DNA of 64,000 bases from Geosiphon pyriformis uo1 (Eukaryota > Fungi > Glomeromycota), in NCBI GenBank assembly GCA_016748015.1, contig JAAOMT010000009.1:514459-578458 (forward strand). Reading direction: 5' to 3'. A program made the position numbers and the translations under genes. The notes below the pieces were generated by a model. That model saw only the letters and a program-made list of their open reading frames with translations, was not told the DNA's origin and ran no database searches. This document shows positions 62,389 to 64,000 of the stretch, one piece after another. Position 1 is the stretch's first letter. Each line of letters starts with the position of its first letter.

Positions 62389-64000
62389 TTTTTTATTTAT
62401 TTATTTAACAAGTGAGGTTCAAACACTACTTAGAATTATACATCAATGAAATAATCTAAACTAAGCATAAATCATGCTTTTTTTACACGTGACCAGCCAC
62501 TCAAGCCAGTCAAAACAACACTACACACTTATATTAACAGAAACTGGGTCATCAATACCTGAAAAAAACAAACAAGACTTGTGAAAACCAAAATGGACAC
62601 CAAAAGCTTCAGCAATACCAAGTAATTTAATTACACCAGCTGATAACACCAAAACCAAACCAGAGACCAAGATAGAAATCGAGCCATCTACAGGGATGAG
62701 ACCATTCTTTTCCATAAATGCATGATACTTAGCACAGACCAACCAAATATCATTCCTAAAGGCAAAACAAATAGATCGCACAAAATCAGAAATTTTAATA
62801 CTAGCAACTTTGGGATCATGAAAAATGGAAATAGCCTCCCGAAGCCATTTATTGAAAACAAAACTCTTGTAAAGAGCTGAGAAAACTGGAAAATTCAAAG
62901 CACAAATTGACAGCAGCTGCAATACACCCAAAAAAGGAAGAGAGAGACCAGAAAGCACCCTCCAAGAAGACATACAAGATTCCAAGACCTGACAACGAGC
63001 TGAATCATCAACTACACAAGAAAACACATGGTTAGATACCTCCACCTCATCACAATACAGACACAGAACACTAGGATAACATTTGTTATAAATGCACTTC
63101 CAAACAGCTACGGGAAGCTAACAGTGCAAAGCTTTTATGAGGTAAGTTCGAGTATCAGCAGTCAGCCTGCTGGTAAAACCAGTGGCCATATGTAAATCAG
63201 AGTGCCAAACTCTGGAAAAACAAAGCCAATTAACATCCAAACACAAATCACCATCTAGAAATCTAGAATCAGACCTGACCTCCCAACACGCTCAACAAAC
63301 AGCATGAAAAACATCATGAACAAAGTGTCTAGAATTACCAGACACAACACCACCATCCGCCAATAAAAAATGTTCATCAACACAAGGAGAAAAATACCAA
63401 CCAGAGAGAAATGCAGTGTCAACAAGACTATTAGCATAATTATCCCTGAGATACCAAAGTGGCCCTTAATCTTGCACCATTTAACCCTCAAATTCTTACT
63501 GCGAATAACATTCCTAATATGCTGACACTTGACCCAACACTGATTGCAAAAATCAGGATACATTAGGTTAAACTCTAACCTACAAGCATCCAAAGCCGCC
63601 TGACTATCTGAAAACAGATGGACAGAATGAGCTACAGGCATGCACTCTAGAGCCAATGCAATAGTTTGCAGCTCCACTAAAGTGGATGATATTAAGCCCT
63701 GAACACCAACATCTAAACCCAAATTAATGTTCTCAAAAAAACAGCAGTTCTGGCTCTACAACCAATTATGCCCAAATTTTTTACTGAACCATCTGTGTAC
63801 ACAGACAAGCTATCAGTGTCAACACGAAAGAGATGATCACAGACAGATATAAAATCATTAGAACCATGAATGTCCAGAGGGCCAACACCAGCCAATGCCA
63901 AGAGAAAAGAATAAGGAGCCACAAGAAAAACAACAGAAATATCAAACCAATCAGGAACTGGACCATGAGGGTTCAGTCTCTTCCACTTCTTAAAAGTGTG
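62389..64000 (-). mobile_element. LINE copy D, 3' part (RNase H, CCHC, 3' UTR, (TAAA)n tail); runs off the right window edge
   Basis: SVYTDGS, FSDSQAALD, CLYCDEVEVSNHVFSC; ORF2 stop at 62521; conserved 3' UTR. Confidence 0.93.

Overview
AT-rich eukaryotic (fungal) DNA. The repeat families and intron style suggest Glomeromycotina; the TE proteins resemble my recollection of Geosiphon-like sequences, which I could not verify. About 85% of the window is decayed retroelement. (i) Non-LTR LINE elements (ORF1 with a CCHC knuckle; ORF2 APE-RT-RNase H-CCHC): one full-length copy at ~41.1-47.9 kb, three partial copies, and several near-unrecognisable AT-rich ghosts. (ii) Ty3/Gypsy elements with 4-bp TSDs: one complete copy (4342-14235), two solo LTRs, and a multiply nested, recombined cluster (20334-39809). 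Where pol is preserved it has the order PR-[Cys-rich domain]-dUTPase-RT-RH-IN. The elements also carry a conserved extra ORF3 at the env position and lineage-specific repeat arrays, mostly palindromic, between the CCAAT and TATA boxes of the LTR. The only host gene is a 13-exon, ~2102-aa DNA polymerase epsilon catalytic subunit (POL2-like, 52157-59365). It sits in a CpG-retaining island with MCB-like promoter boxes. Its catalytic motifs are intact, but one CysX Fe-S ligand and the P-domain basic residues are substituted, and the 3' 73% of the CDS is intron-free. The best candidate for a new system is the pairing of Gypsy ORF3 with the LTR palindromic arrays (a putative self-activation or anti-silencing module), in a genome showing strong C-to-T erosion of repeats.
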